From an uncultured Gammaproteobacteria bacterium (GTDB taxonomy: Bacteria > Patescibacteriota > Microgenomatia > CAZETR01 > Amesbacteraceae), in the NCBI GenBank assembly GCA_964502885.1, contig CAZCXU010000002.1:27843-91842 (forward strand): a DNA stretch of 64,000 bases, read 5' to 3'. Of the stretch, positions 20,498 through 29,188 are shown piece after piece. Every line of letters starts with the position of its first letter. Within the stretch, counting starts at the first letter, position 1. The position numbers were made by a program, and so were the translations under genes. The notes beneath the pieces are model-generated. The model was not told the origin of the DNA. It searched no databases and saw only the letters and a program-made list of their open reading frames with translations.

Positions 20498-20968
20498 ATG
20501 AGGATAACGGTTGTTTATGACTCTCAATTTGGGAATACCGAAAAGATAGCAAGGCAAATAACCAAAACGCTCCAAGGGATGAGACACAAGGTTAATCTGG
20601 TTCATGCTAAGGACGCAACAGAAGCAGACACATTGAAAACAGATATGCTCATAGTCGGCTGTCCGACACAGGGAGGCAGACCTACATTGAAGATGCAACA
20701 ATACCTGGTGCAAATTCCTGATGAAATCATGGCAAATGTAAGAGTAGCCGTTTTTGATACCAGATACATGAAGCGGGAACAAAGTTTTGCATTGAAATTA
20801 CTGATGGACGTAATCGGATTTGCCGCCGAGAAGATGATGGAAACTTTGATAAAAAAAGGCGCTAGACCGGTATCTGAACCGATGGGGTTTATTGTGGAGA
20901 CAAAAGATGGTCCAATTCGAAAAGGAGAACTCGAAAGAGCTTCCAGATGGGTGAGGAGCTTAGTCTAA
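20498..20968 (+). CDS. Flavodoxin-like protein
   Basis: MRITVVYDSQFGNTEKIA is the classic flavodoxin N-terminal FMN-binding loop (T/SxTGNTE). The likely start is ATG 20498. TATAAT at 20483-20488 sits 9 nt upstream. Confidence 0.8.
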   Translation: MRITVVYDSQFGNTEKIARQITKTLQGMRHKVNLVHAKDATEADTLKTDMLIVGCPTQGGRPTLKMQQYLVQIPDEIMANVRVAVFDTRYMKREQSFALKLLMDVIGFAAEKMMETLIKKGARPVSEPMGFIVETKDGPIRKGELERASRWVRSLV

Positions 20969-22081
20969 AACTAAACTGTTTGGGTCGAATCTAATGATGC
21001 GATCGTCCCCGGGTTTTGGCAATCCCCTACCATCAGAATTACTTGTGGAGAAATAAATGTATCCATCATGCCCCAATCCTATTGCCCGCAATCTGCCAAA
21101 TTGGTTTTTGTGGTGAACTATTAACGATAACTGGCCGCCTGAAGTGATTTGTGCCTGATATAGGGCTTGGCCACGAAGACCTGTGAAGAATAAGTTCCCA
21201 CGGTAGTGGATAAGCCCAGCAGGGGCCCAGGTGTCGCGGGCACCCGACTCTAAAACAGGAGGGGTCATACCCGGCATTTTCTGATCGCCGCGGATATCCG
21301 GCCAACCGTAATTTCCCCCTTTGCTTATCAGGTTTATTTCATCGTGTCCGCTTTGAAGACCGGATGGACCATGCTCCGACGACCACAATCTACCAGAGTC
21401 GTCCCAAGCTAGCCCTTGGGGGTTTCTGTGTCCATAGGAATATATTGCTGATCCAAAGGGGTTATCCCGAGGTATTGAACCATCTTCAGCAAGACGCAGT
21501 ATTTTTCCGTTTAGAGAATTTTTGTCCTGTGCCAAATTGGGCCTTTCTGCGTCCCCAGTTGTGATGTAAAGATATCCGTCCGGACCAAAAGCCAACTGAC
21601 CCCCATCATGATTCGCTGACCCCCAGATACCATCAATAATTACTTTTGGGTCTGAAAGCAGATCGCCAACCAGCCGATAGCGCTCAACGCGGTTGAAGAT
21701 ACCGGATTTGTCAGAATATGTATAGTACAAATAAATGTAGCGGTTTGAAGAAAACTGAGGGTGGACTGCAAGCCCCAGAAGACCACCCTCGGCGGTGTGA
21801 AGAACACCATTGATACTGGCAATATTTTTGTACTCTGGACTAATTTTCAGCAAGTTTCCCCTTCTCTCCGTCACAAGTAAAGCCCCATCTGGCAGAAAAG
21901 CTATTGACCAGGGAACAGACAGAGAATTGGCGACCTCTAGTATTTTACTCTCGGGTAGGGGGGTCAACGCAGCATTGGGCGAAGTAAAAGTCGGCAGCTG
22001 TCTGATGACTGAATTGTATCTACTCGATGCCAACACAGACGCTACAATGATGAAGAAAAGCGAAATGAGAAGTTTTTTCAT
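20960..22081 (-). CDS. PQQ-dependent sugar dehydrogenase (soluble glucose/sorbosone dehydrogenase, YliI family), secreted
   Basis: Signal peptide MKKLLISLFFIIVASVLASS. Family motifs include LAFGPDGYLYITTGD, YSYGHRNPQGLAWD and GGNYGWP. The start is ATG 22081 rather than the track's GTG 22108. Confidence 0.85.
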   Translation of the reverse strand: MKKLLISLFFIIVASVLASSRYNSVIRQLPTFTSPNAALTPLPESKILEVANSLSVPWSIAFLPDGALLVTERRGNLLKISPEYKNIASINGVLHTAEGGLLGLAVHPQFSSNRYIYLYYTYSDKSGIFNRVERYRLVGDLLSDPKVIIDGIWGSANHDGGQLAFGPDGYLYITTGDAERPNLAQDKNSLNGKILRLAEDGSIPRDNPFGSAIYSYGHRNPQGLAWDDSGRLWSSEHGPSGLQSGHDEINLISKGGNYGWPDIRGDQKMPGMTPPVLESGARDTWAPAGLIHYRGNLFFTGLRGQALYQAQITSGGQLSLIVHHKNQFGRLRAIGLGHDGYIYFSTSNSDGRGLPKPGDDRIIRFDPNSLVLD

Positions 22082-22196
22082 GCCAGTTTTTATCGCTACC
22101 CTAAACACGATTTAGTTTAACCTGTGGTGACAAGAGATGTATTGGATTTTGTGTGATAGGATATGAAAAATATATATGGTAAGGGGGTGATAACTA

Positions 22197-23015
22197 GTGA
22201 AAAGAATATTTAGTCTCGTACTGACAGTAATAATGGGTTTTATTCCGGTAGCAAGCGCTCATGCAAGTGCTCCCGACACAATAGCTACTGGGGCCGGATC
22301 ATATAATGCGTATGGTCTGCAAAGATTTGCTGAGTTTAACGTGAGAAAAACCTCAGAATCTTGCCGTGTCGATTGGAACATCAGCGGAAAGTGGCAGTTG
22401 ACCGTAGATTTCAATGGGCAACTGTATAAACACGATGCTGAGTTTACGCAAGAAGGGGGAGTGGTTTCCGGAACAGGAAGCTACCCTTCCGGAGGGCCCG
22501 CGACTGTCACCTGGACATTGGTAAACAGCACAGTGTCTGGAAACATGGTGCATCTGGAACTGGATTACGACAACTCCAATTATGCAGCCATCTTTGATGG
22601 TGAAATAAACGCTGATGGGAGAATCCACGGAAATTGGAGCAGTAATGCAAACCAATCCGGAATCTGGAAAAACACCCAAGGCCGAGCAACAGCCACACTG
22701 GAAGGGTGTAGCGGCAAAGGAAAATTCCACTACAAGGATCTGAATAGAAACGCATACCATGCGGAAGTGAAGTATGTAAATTCCGATGGTGATAATGTCT
22801 GGTTTGCGGCGCAAATATACAGCGCAACCAATCAAGCCTGGGTGGGAAGTTGGGTATTTGTAAAAGTGTACGATGGAGACAAGCCCGGAGCAGGCATAGA
22901 CCAAATCTGGGGGAGTTTTTCAGGAGAAGCGGCTGCGAAAATGGGTGTAGCTACAAAAACCAGCCCAGCAGATGGACCGTTTACGTTGATTTCCGGCAAT
23001 TACCAGGTACTCTAG
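22197..23015 (+). CDS. Secreted hypothetical protein
   Basis: GTG start with a strong RBS AAGGGGGTGA 7 nt upstream. Signal peptide MKRIFSLVLTVIMGFIPVASAHA. No recognisable catalytic motif. Confidence 0.6.
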   Translation: MKRIFSLVLTVIMGFIPVASAHASAPDTIATGAGSYNAYGLQRFAEFNVRKTSESCRVDWNISGKWQLTVDFNGQLYKHDAEFTQEGGVVSGTGSYPSGGPATVTWTLVNSTVSGNMVHLELDYDNSNYAAIFDGEINADGRIHGNWSSNANQSGIWKNTQGRATATLEGCSGKGKFHYKDLNRNAYHAEVKYVNSDGDNVWFAAQIYSATNQAWVGSWVFVKVYDGDKPGAGIDQIWGSFSGEAAAKMGVATKTSPADGPFTLISGNYQVL

Positions 23016-23026
23016 TTGGTAGTTGG

Positions 23027-23055
23027 GGAGTCAAAAAGATTCCGGGGGAAACTCC
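23027..23055. terminator. Bidirectional intrinsic terminator between the convergent secreted-protein gene and yibE/F
   Basis: Stem GATTCCGG(23027-23034)/CCGGAATT(23043-23050) with loop GGGAAACT, followed by TTTTTT. An A-run lies on the other side. Confidence 0.55.
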
Positions 23056-23063
23056 GGAATTTT

Positions 23064-24182
23064 TTATTGATTTCTGCGGGAGAGATACGCGGCAGAGAGA
23101 AAAGCCGTAAGCGGAACAGCCATCACCAAACCAATACTTCCGCCAATGGTACGCACCACCTCTTCGGCTATCATTTCGCTGTTTAGAATTGACCATACCG
23201 GATAGTTGTTTGGGTTCAGTATGGCGAACAGAAACAAAGGCAAGGCCGAACCGGCATAAGCGAGAGCAAGAGTATTCACCATTGAAGAGATATGCTCTCG
23301 GCCGACAGTCATCCCAGATGAGAAAAGATGTGAAAATTTCAATCTGGGATTTGCTTTTATTAACTCAAAAACGGACGCCGTCAAACCGGTAGTGATATCG
23401 TCGAGAGCTCCCAAGGAACCGATTATGACTCCCCCAAGATACAATCCTTTGAAATTGATGTGCGCAGTTTGGCCGAACTGGAGTGTCAAAGCCTCATCCG
23501 TACCCAGTCCGGTGAGCGATACCAGCTCGACAAACAACATGGACAAAACCCCGGTTACGGTAAGCGTCACAGCGGTGGACAACAAAGAAATTGATGTGCG
23601 CACCGAAAATCCATGAGACAAGTAAATGCTAACTATCATGATAAAAATGCTTCCCACGATGCTAACAAACAAAGGATCGCGACCAGAAAGTATCTGCGGA
23701 ACTATAAACCTAATGATGACAAAAAGGCCCAATAAAAGTCCCCCTATTGACCCCACTCCCCGCCAACCGCTAAGAACTATAACTAAAACAAAAAACAGGC
23801 CCACGATTGTCCATAGTTTGTCCAAGCGGTATGAGTCAATAATCTGATAATCCAGCTGATTTTCAGGCCCGGGAACCCTTACCAAAACAACAATCTGCCC
23901 TACTTTAACCAACTGATTTTCTTCCAGATAAACAACCTTGCCGTGCTCTATCCCGACTGTCTCACCAGCCATATCACCATCAAGAATCTTTACATCGATA
24001 ATCTGATATTTTCTGGTGAAGCCGTTTTCATTTTTTTGGCCGGATTCAAATATTTTTACTACTTCAGCTTTGTAAAATTTTTCCCTGTGGATAGCGCTCC
24101 CCTCCTGAGCAGAGACTGAAATACCAAAAACGCCGGATACACATATAAAAGTCAGGCAGATCAGGAAGATTTTTTTGCGCAT
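23064..24182 (-). CDS. YibE/F family membrane protein
   Basis: An N-terminal signal is followed by a soluble domain, then about 7 TM helices with G-rich segments (GSIGGLLLGLFVI, GSLGALDDITTGL) typical of YibE/F. It starts 23 nt after copA and is probably co-transcribed. Confidence 0.75.
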   Translation of the reverse strand: MRKKIFLICLTFICVSGVFGISVSAQEGSAIHREKFYKAEVVKIFESGQKNENGFTRKYQIIDVKILDGDMAGETVGIEHGKVVYLEENQLVKVGQIVVLVRVPGPENQLDYQIIDSYRLDKLWTIVGLFFVLVIVLSGWRGVGSIGGLLLGLFVIIRFIVPQILSGRDPLFVSIVGSIFIMIVSIYLSHGFSVRTSISLLSTAVTLTVTGVLSMLFVELVSLTGLGTDEALTLQFGQTAHINFKGLYLGGVIIGSLGALDDITTGLTASVFELIKANPRLKFSHLFSSGMTVGREHISSMVNTLALAYAGSALPLFLFAILNPNNYPVWSILNSEMIAEEVVRTIGGSIGLVMAVPLTAFLSAAYLSRRNQ

Positions 24183-24205
24183 GAGTGTATATTAGCAGCA
24201 AGCTT

Positions 24206-26473
24206 TCATATTTTTGCTCTGCGGAGAAGAAGTGAATTTGAAACAACGGAAACTGAAGAAAATGCCATTGCCAGACCGGCAAATATGGGGTTTAAGAAAA
24301 TGCCAAAGAATGGGTAAAAAATACCGGCGGCTACGGGGATTCCAATAACATTGTAGATGAATGCCCAAAAAAGATTTTGACGGATGGTACGCATGGTTTT
24401 GCGAGAGAGAACTATGGAAGCAACAACTTTCTGCAGATCACCATGCAGGAGGACAATATCAGCGGATTCAATAGCGATATCTGTGCCAGTGGCCATAGCG
24501 ATACCCACATTGGCTTGAGTAAGAGCCGGAGCGTCATTTATACCGTCTCCCACCATGACGACCTGCGCTCCTGACTTTTGCAATTCTTTGAGATGTTCTA
24601 ATTTATGTTGGGGGAGCATGTGAGCTCTCACTTCATCAATGTTTACCTGTCGAGCAACAAGTTGTGCTGCAGACTCGTTATCGCCGGTAAACATAACAGT
24701 CCTGATACCAAGAGAATGTAATCGTTTGATGGCATAAATGGCAGAATCTTTAACCTGATCACTTATGGCCAATAAACCAAGAGTCTTTTTTCCGGTAAAC
24801 AGTCCAATCACCGTCTTACCCTGATCATGCAAGTGAGAAGCTTTAGGATGATCATTGGCTGCTACCTTGCGAAGCTGGTATTTTTTGCCGGCAATGCTGC
24901 CCGCAACGCCGATACCGGGAGTCTCAATGAAGTCGTCTGTCGGCAATAAAGCGAGAGATCGATCTGAGGCTATGGCTACAATGGCCTGAGCGAGGGGGTG
25001 ATTGGAGTTGGCTTCCAGACTGGCGGCAATCTGCAACAGATCTGCTTCGTTGGTGGAAGAAACAGGAATAATATCAGTAACTAAAGGTTTACCGACGGTA
25101 ATGGTTCCGGTCTTATCAAAGACTACCGTGTCAACATGGCTGAGACGCTCGAGACTTTCGGCATTTTTGACCAATATTCCACGACTGGCGCCAGCTCCTA
25201 CTCCAACAATAATTGCCGTAGGAGTGGCCAATCCTAAAGCACACGGACAGGCAATGACCAATACGCTAACAAATGACAATAATCCTAAAGAAATGGAAGT
25301 AGTAGCACCTAAAAAAATATTGCCAACTGTCAGCCATAACAGAAGCGAAACAAAAGCAATAAGGAGGACTAGGGGGACGAAAATTGCTGAAATGCGGTCG
25401 GCCAGATTTTGGATGGGGGCCCGTGAACCTTGTGCGCTCTGAACAAGCGAGATAATCTGGGCAAGCATGGTATCTGAACCTACCTTTTGAGCGCGAATAG
25501 TGATGACACTTTGACGATTTAAAGTGCCACCTATAACCAGATCACCAATGTTGCGGTCGACGGGTAATGGCTCTCCGGTGATCATTGACTCGTCGACAGA
25601 AGAGATACCGCTGACAATTTGTCCGTCAACAGGAATCTTTGATCCTGGTTTGACGAGTAATAAATCCCCAACCAATACCTCGGACAAGGGAATTTCAAAA
25701 GTTTTTCCTGCACGCTGAACAAGTGCAGTCTTTACTTGTAATCCAAGCAGTTTTTTGATGGCTTCTCCAGTTTTGAGTTTGGACTTGGCTTCTAAATATT
25801 TTCCATACATGACAAAGCCAATGACGACAATAGTAACGTCAAAATAAGTAAATTCAGGAATCTGTAAAATTTGAGACAACTTGGGTACCAAGAGAACCAG
25901 AGAACTATAGATGTATGCCGTGAGCGTGCCAATACCAATAAGAGTGTCCATATTGGCTTCGCGATACCGAAACAGTCTGACTACACCTAAAATAAACTGG
26001 TTTCCTACACCAAAAAGAATTAGCGACGAGAGAACAAAAAGTATAGTGTTGAAGATGTTCATAGGAATTGGCAAGCGCGGCAAAAAATCAATCAGCTGAG
26101 AGCTAATGTCCCACAACATAAAGAAAAAAACGACTAAAGTAATCGGGAGAACAAAATAGACTTTTGACTGTAATGACTCCAAATAAGCACTTTGATTATT
26201 TGAATCGGAGATTTGATCCCCGTGATGAGTGGAAACGACGTGACCTGCCGGACGCATCGAATAACCTAACGGAGCTATAGCACTATTCATCCGAGAGACT
26301 TCGATGACCTGGGGATCGTAATTGATTTCGGCTTGTTCGGTGGCGAAATTTACTCTGACATCGGCAATGCCCGGAAGTTTTTTGAGTTTGCGGGTGATAA
26401 CTGAGCCGCAACTGGCACAATGCATTCCGGAGATATTGAACGGTTCTGATATCAGCGGATTATTAGATTCCAT
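24206..26473 (-). CDS. copA: Copper-translocating P1B-type ATPase
   Basis: The N-terminal HMA domain has GMHCASC. CPC is in TM6 ([11 protein letters not shown]). DKTGTIT phosphorylation site, [10 protein letters not shown] hinge and TGD are present. Confidence 0.95.
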   Translation of the reverse strand: MESNNPLISEPFNISGMHCASCGSVITRKLKKLPGIADVRVNFATEQAEINYDPQVIEVSRMNSAIAPLGYSMRPAGHVVSTHHGDQISDSNNQSAYLESLQSKVYFVLPITLVVFFFMLWDISSQLIDFLPRLPIPMNIFNTILFVLSSLILFGVGNQFILGVVRLFRYREANMDTLIGIGTLTAYIYSSLVLLVPKLSQILQIPEFTYFDVTIVVIGFVMYGKYLEAKSKLKTGEAIKKLLGLQVKTALVQRAGKTFEIPLSEVLVGDLLLVKPGSKIPVDGQIVSGISSVDESMITGEPLPVDRNIGDLVIGGTLNRQSVITIRAQKVGSDTMLAQIISLVQSAQGSRAPIQNLADRISAIFVPLVLLIAFVSLLLWLTVGNIFLGATTSISLGLLSFVSVLVIACPCALGLATPTAIIVGVGAGASRGILVKNAESLERLSHVDTVVFDKTGTITVGKPLVTDIIPVSSTNEADLLQIAASLEANSNHPLAQAIVAIASDRSLALLPTDDFIETPGIGVAGSIAGKKYQLRKVAANDHPKASHLHDQGKTVIGLFTGKKTLGLLAISDQVKDSAIYAIKRLHSLGIRTVMFTGDNESAAQLVARQVNIDEVRAHMLPQHKLEHLKELQKSGAQVVMVGDGINDAPALTQANVGIAMATGTDIAIESADIVLLHGDLQKVVASIVLSRKTMRTIRQNLFWAFIYNVIGIPVAAGIFYPFFGIFLNPIFAGLAMAFSSVSVVSNSLLLRRAKI

Positions 26474-27026
26474 ACCAAGTCTGACGCCATTCTTTGAGCG
26501 TGGTTAAAGAGGTTTCTAAAAAGTTCTGAACTGCATTGGCATCATTGATTATTTCTGAACGGGTACTTTTGGTACGGATATCCCGCGTCATTTCAATACC
26601 TGACTCATGATGATAAATAAGAGCGTTTAGAAAGCGCAAATCGTAAGTGGAGTCTACTGATCCTAGTTGGGGTACAGGATTTTTCGGAGCCGGACGGGAG
26701 TCGGAATAAAACTGTTTTTTGTAGTCGTAGAGTTTGACTATCAAAGTTGGTTCGCCTTTCTGGATGTCTGCAGCCAAGGCTTTTATTTCTGGATGATTTG
26801 CTGAAGCAGCGGCTTGTTTAGCCAAATCAAGAGCCACCTGATGGTGAGCTATCATTTGGTTGAGATAGCGTAAATCAACGAGTCGGTCAGCAGGTCCCAA
26901 GTTCATACTTTGTTTTTCGTACATGACGTCCCGGTATTCCGGAGTAAAATAAAACCCGCCGGCCAAACCGGTTATAAAACTACAAATAATCAGGGATACG
27001 GCCAGCGGTGTAGAAATTTTTGGCAT
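26463..27026 (-). CDS. DUF305 domain protein (copper-resistance associated)
   Basis: N-terminal TM, then duplicated [20 protein letters not shown] and [20 protein letters not shown], which are DUF305 hallmarks. It overlaps copA by 11 nt. Confidence 0.8.
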   Translation of the reverse strand: MPKISTPLAVSLIICSFITGLAGGFYFTPEYRDVMYEKQSMNLGPADRLVDLRYLNQMIAHHQVALDLAKQAAASANHPEIKALAADIQKGEPTLIVKLYDYKKQFYSDSRPAPKNPVPQLGSVDSTYDLRFLNALIYHHESGIEMTRDIRTKSTRSEIINDANAVQNFLETSLTTLKEWRQTWYGI

Positions 27027-27028
27027 TG

Positions 27029-27301
27029 TTAATTTGATTTTTTGAAAACGTTCATAACCTCGGATATCGCCTCGTCTTTACGTCCGCTACCAATTGCGTC
27101 GACGACACAAGAGTGCAGATGTGATTCCAAAATCAGATTGTCGTTTTCTTTCAGAGCTTTTTGAACAGCCTGGGATTGGTGGATAACATCGATGCAGTAG
27201 GAATCCGACTCGACCATGGTGATAACGCGACGCAAATGGCCCTCGGCAATTTTTAATCGATGCAAAATCCTATCTTTGGTACTTTTTGGTGTAAATGACA
27301 T
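27029..27301 (-). CDS. csoR: CsoR/RcnR family metal-sensing transcriptional repressor
   Basis: 90 aa. LHRLKIAEGHLRRVITMVE...CIDVIHQSQAVQKAL...LESHLHSCV carries the conserved C-H-C metal ligands of CsoR. Confidence 0.85.
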   Translation of the reverse strand: MSFTPKSTKDRILHRLKIAEGHLRRVITMVESDSYCIDVIHQSQAVQKALKENDNLILESHLHSCVVDAIGSGRKDEAISEVMNVFKKSN

Positions 27302-27320
27302 ATCCCCCCTATGGGGATAT
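27300..27320. promoter_or_regulatory. Putative CsoR operator: GC-core inverted repeat ATATCCCC-N5-GGGGATAT abutting the csoR start codon
   Basis: ATATCCCC(27300-27307) CCTAT GGGGATAT(27313-27320). CsoR operators are typically ATACCC...GGGTAT-type pseudo-palindromes, and this one overlaps the -10/+1 of the promoter below. Confidence 0.4.
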
Positions 27321-27348
27321 ATTACGGCAGAATATTGTGTCTTGTCAA
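27319..27348 (-). promoter_or_regulatory. Putative sigma70-type promoter of the csoR-DUF305-copA(-yibE/F) operon
   Basis: On the minus strand: TTGACA (27348-27343), an 18-nt spacer, then TAATAT (27324-27319). The predicted transcript begins inside the operator palindrome. Confidence 0.4.
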
Positions 27349-27366
27349 GGTAAAATATAGGGAGCT

Positions 27367-29136
27367 ATGAAAAACATCGGTAAGATAGTTAAAGTTTCCC
27401 GCCCTCTGTATACGATATTGGGACTGATTGTTTTCCTGATAGTGACATCTGCCGGGTTAGACCTGGCTGCCCCCCTGGTATCAAAACAAATTGTCGACAA
27501 CATCATGGCACAGATTTCCGGAGGGAGCAGCGGCAATCTGACTACTTTGATCTGGCTTGTGATCCTAACTTTTGGCCTAAACCTGGCCGGAATTGTCGTG
27601 TCTGCCATATCAGAGAGACTGGGAGATCATTTTGCCGGTAAACAAAGGCAACTGCTCACTGAAAAGTTTTATGGAAAAGTACTTGCGTTGCCACAAACAT
27701 ATTTTGACTCGGAAATGTCTGGAAAGATTGTCAATCAGTTAAACAGGGGGATATTTACAATTCATGGTTTTACGAACGCGGCAACAAATTTTATTGTCCC
27801 ATCGCTTTTACAGAGCATATTCACCATTGTGGTGTTGGCGAAGTATAGCTGGCCTATTGCCGTATTTGTCTCTTCATTGTTTCCTATCTATATTTATCTG
27901 ACATACTACTCCGCCAAAAAATGGGGAAAGGATGAGGATAGAAAAAACTCACTGGAAGACCAACTGCGAGGAAGAATTCAGGAAGTAGTGGGTAATATAA
28001 AAATCGTAAAGGGTTTTTTGATGGAACGGCATGAATACTCATTTGTGTCTGAAAAACTGACAGAGATTAACCGTATCTACAGCAAGCAAAGCACGATTTA
28101 TCACCAAATCGATTTTTTACGAAACTTATCTTTGGTGGTGATTTTATTGGGAATAAACATCGTGGTTTATTACCAGACTTTTACAGGGGCAATGACAGTG
28201 GGAGAGATGGTGCTGATAATTCAGCTTGTGCTTCAGGCAAGGAGACCATTGTTTGCCATGTCATATATTCTCACACAAATGCAGGAAGCTGAGAGCGGAT
28301 CAAAAGAGTTTTTTGAAATCCTGGAATTGCCTGAAAATGAAAAATATGACACTAATCCAAAAGCGAAAAAGCTAGTCAGACCATCTTTGGCATTTGAAGA
28401 TGTCTCCTTTAATTACAAGGATTCAGGAACCGTGTTGGATGGAGTGTCTTTTAAAATTGAACCAAACGAAAAGCTTGCCATTATTGGTCATTCTGGAGCA
28501 GGAAAGACTACTATCACAAATCTTATTTTGAAGTTATATCAGCCAACCGGCGGAGATATTTTTCTATCAGGAAAAAGTTACAAAAAGATGGATTTTCGGG
28601 AAATCCGCCAAAATATTTCGTTGGTGTTTCAAGAGAATGAATTGTTTTCTTCGACAGTGAGGGAAAATGTCGCTTATGGAACAACTGCCAGCGAAAAAGA
28701 AATCATTGAAGCCTTAAAAATGGCAAATGCATACGACTTTGTGATGAAACTACCAAAGGGCCTGGACTCAGAAATAGGAGAAAGAGGATTAAAACTATCG
28801 GGAGGACAGAAACAAAGAATTCAGATTGCCAGGGCCATTCTGAAAAATGCACCAATACTGATACTTGATGAGGCAACCAGCAGTCTGGATGCCAAGTCGG
28901 AAATGGAGGTACAAACCGCTTTAGACAAATTGATGAGAAATAAACTGGTAATTATTATTGCGCACAGGTTTTCTACCTTGCAGAACGTGGATAGAGCTAT
29001 GGTAATTTCCGGCGGAAAAATACAACAAATGGGCACACCACATGAACTTGCGCAAGCTCCGGGAATATATGCTGACTTATTGAGATATCAGATCGAAGGC
29101 AATAAAAAATTACTGGAGGGTTTTGAGCTGGCTTAA
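27367..29136 (+). CDS. ABC exporter, fused permease/ATP-binding protein (MsbA/type I exporter-like)
   Basis: Six N-terminal TM helices, then an NBD with GHSGAGKTT, LSGGQKQRIQIARAIL, ILILDEATSSLD and IIIAHR. RBS AGGGAG sits before the ATG. It is divergent from csoR. Confidence 0.9.
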   Translation: MKNIGKIVKVSRPLYTILGLIVFLIVTSAGLDLAAPLVSKQIVDNIMAQISGGSSGNLTTLIWLVILTFGLNLAGIVVSAISERLGDHFAGKQRQLLTEKFYGKVLALPQTYFDSEMSGKIVNQLNRGIFTIHGFTNAATNFIVPSLLQSIFTIVVLAKYSWPIAVFVSSLFPIYIYLTYYSAKKWGKDEDRKNSLEDQLRGRIQEVVGNIKIVKGFLMERHEYSFVSEKLTEINRIYSKQSTIYHQIDFLRNLSLVVILLGINIVVYYQTFTGAMTVGEMVLIIQLVLQARRPLFAMSYILTQMQEAESGSKEFFEILELPENEKYDTNPKAKKLVRPSLAFEDVSFNYKDSGTVLDGVSFKIEPNEKLAIIGHSGAGKTTITNLILKLYQPTGGDIFLSGKSYKKMDFREIRQNISLVFQENELFSSTVRENVAYGTTASEKEIIEALKMANAYDFVMKLPKGLDSEIGERGLKLSGGQKQRIQIARAILKNAPILILDEATSSLDAKSEMEVQTALDKLMRNKLVIIIAHRFSTLQNVDRAMVISGGKIQQMGTPHELAQAPGIYADLLRYQIEGNKKLLEGFELA

Positions 29137-29188
29137 AAAATGCCACTTTACAAAATAACAATACTGGGCTTATAGTTTCGGATAGTCA

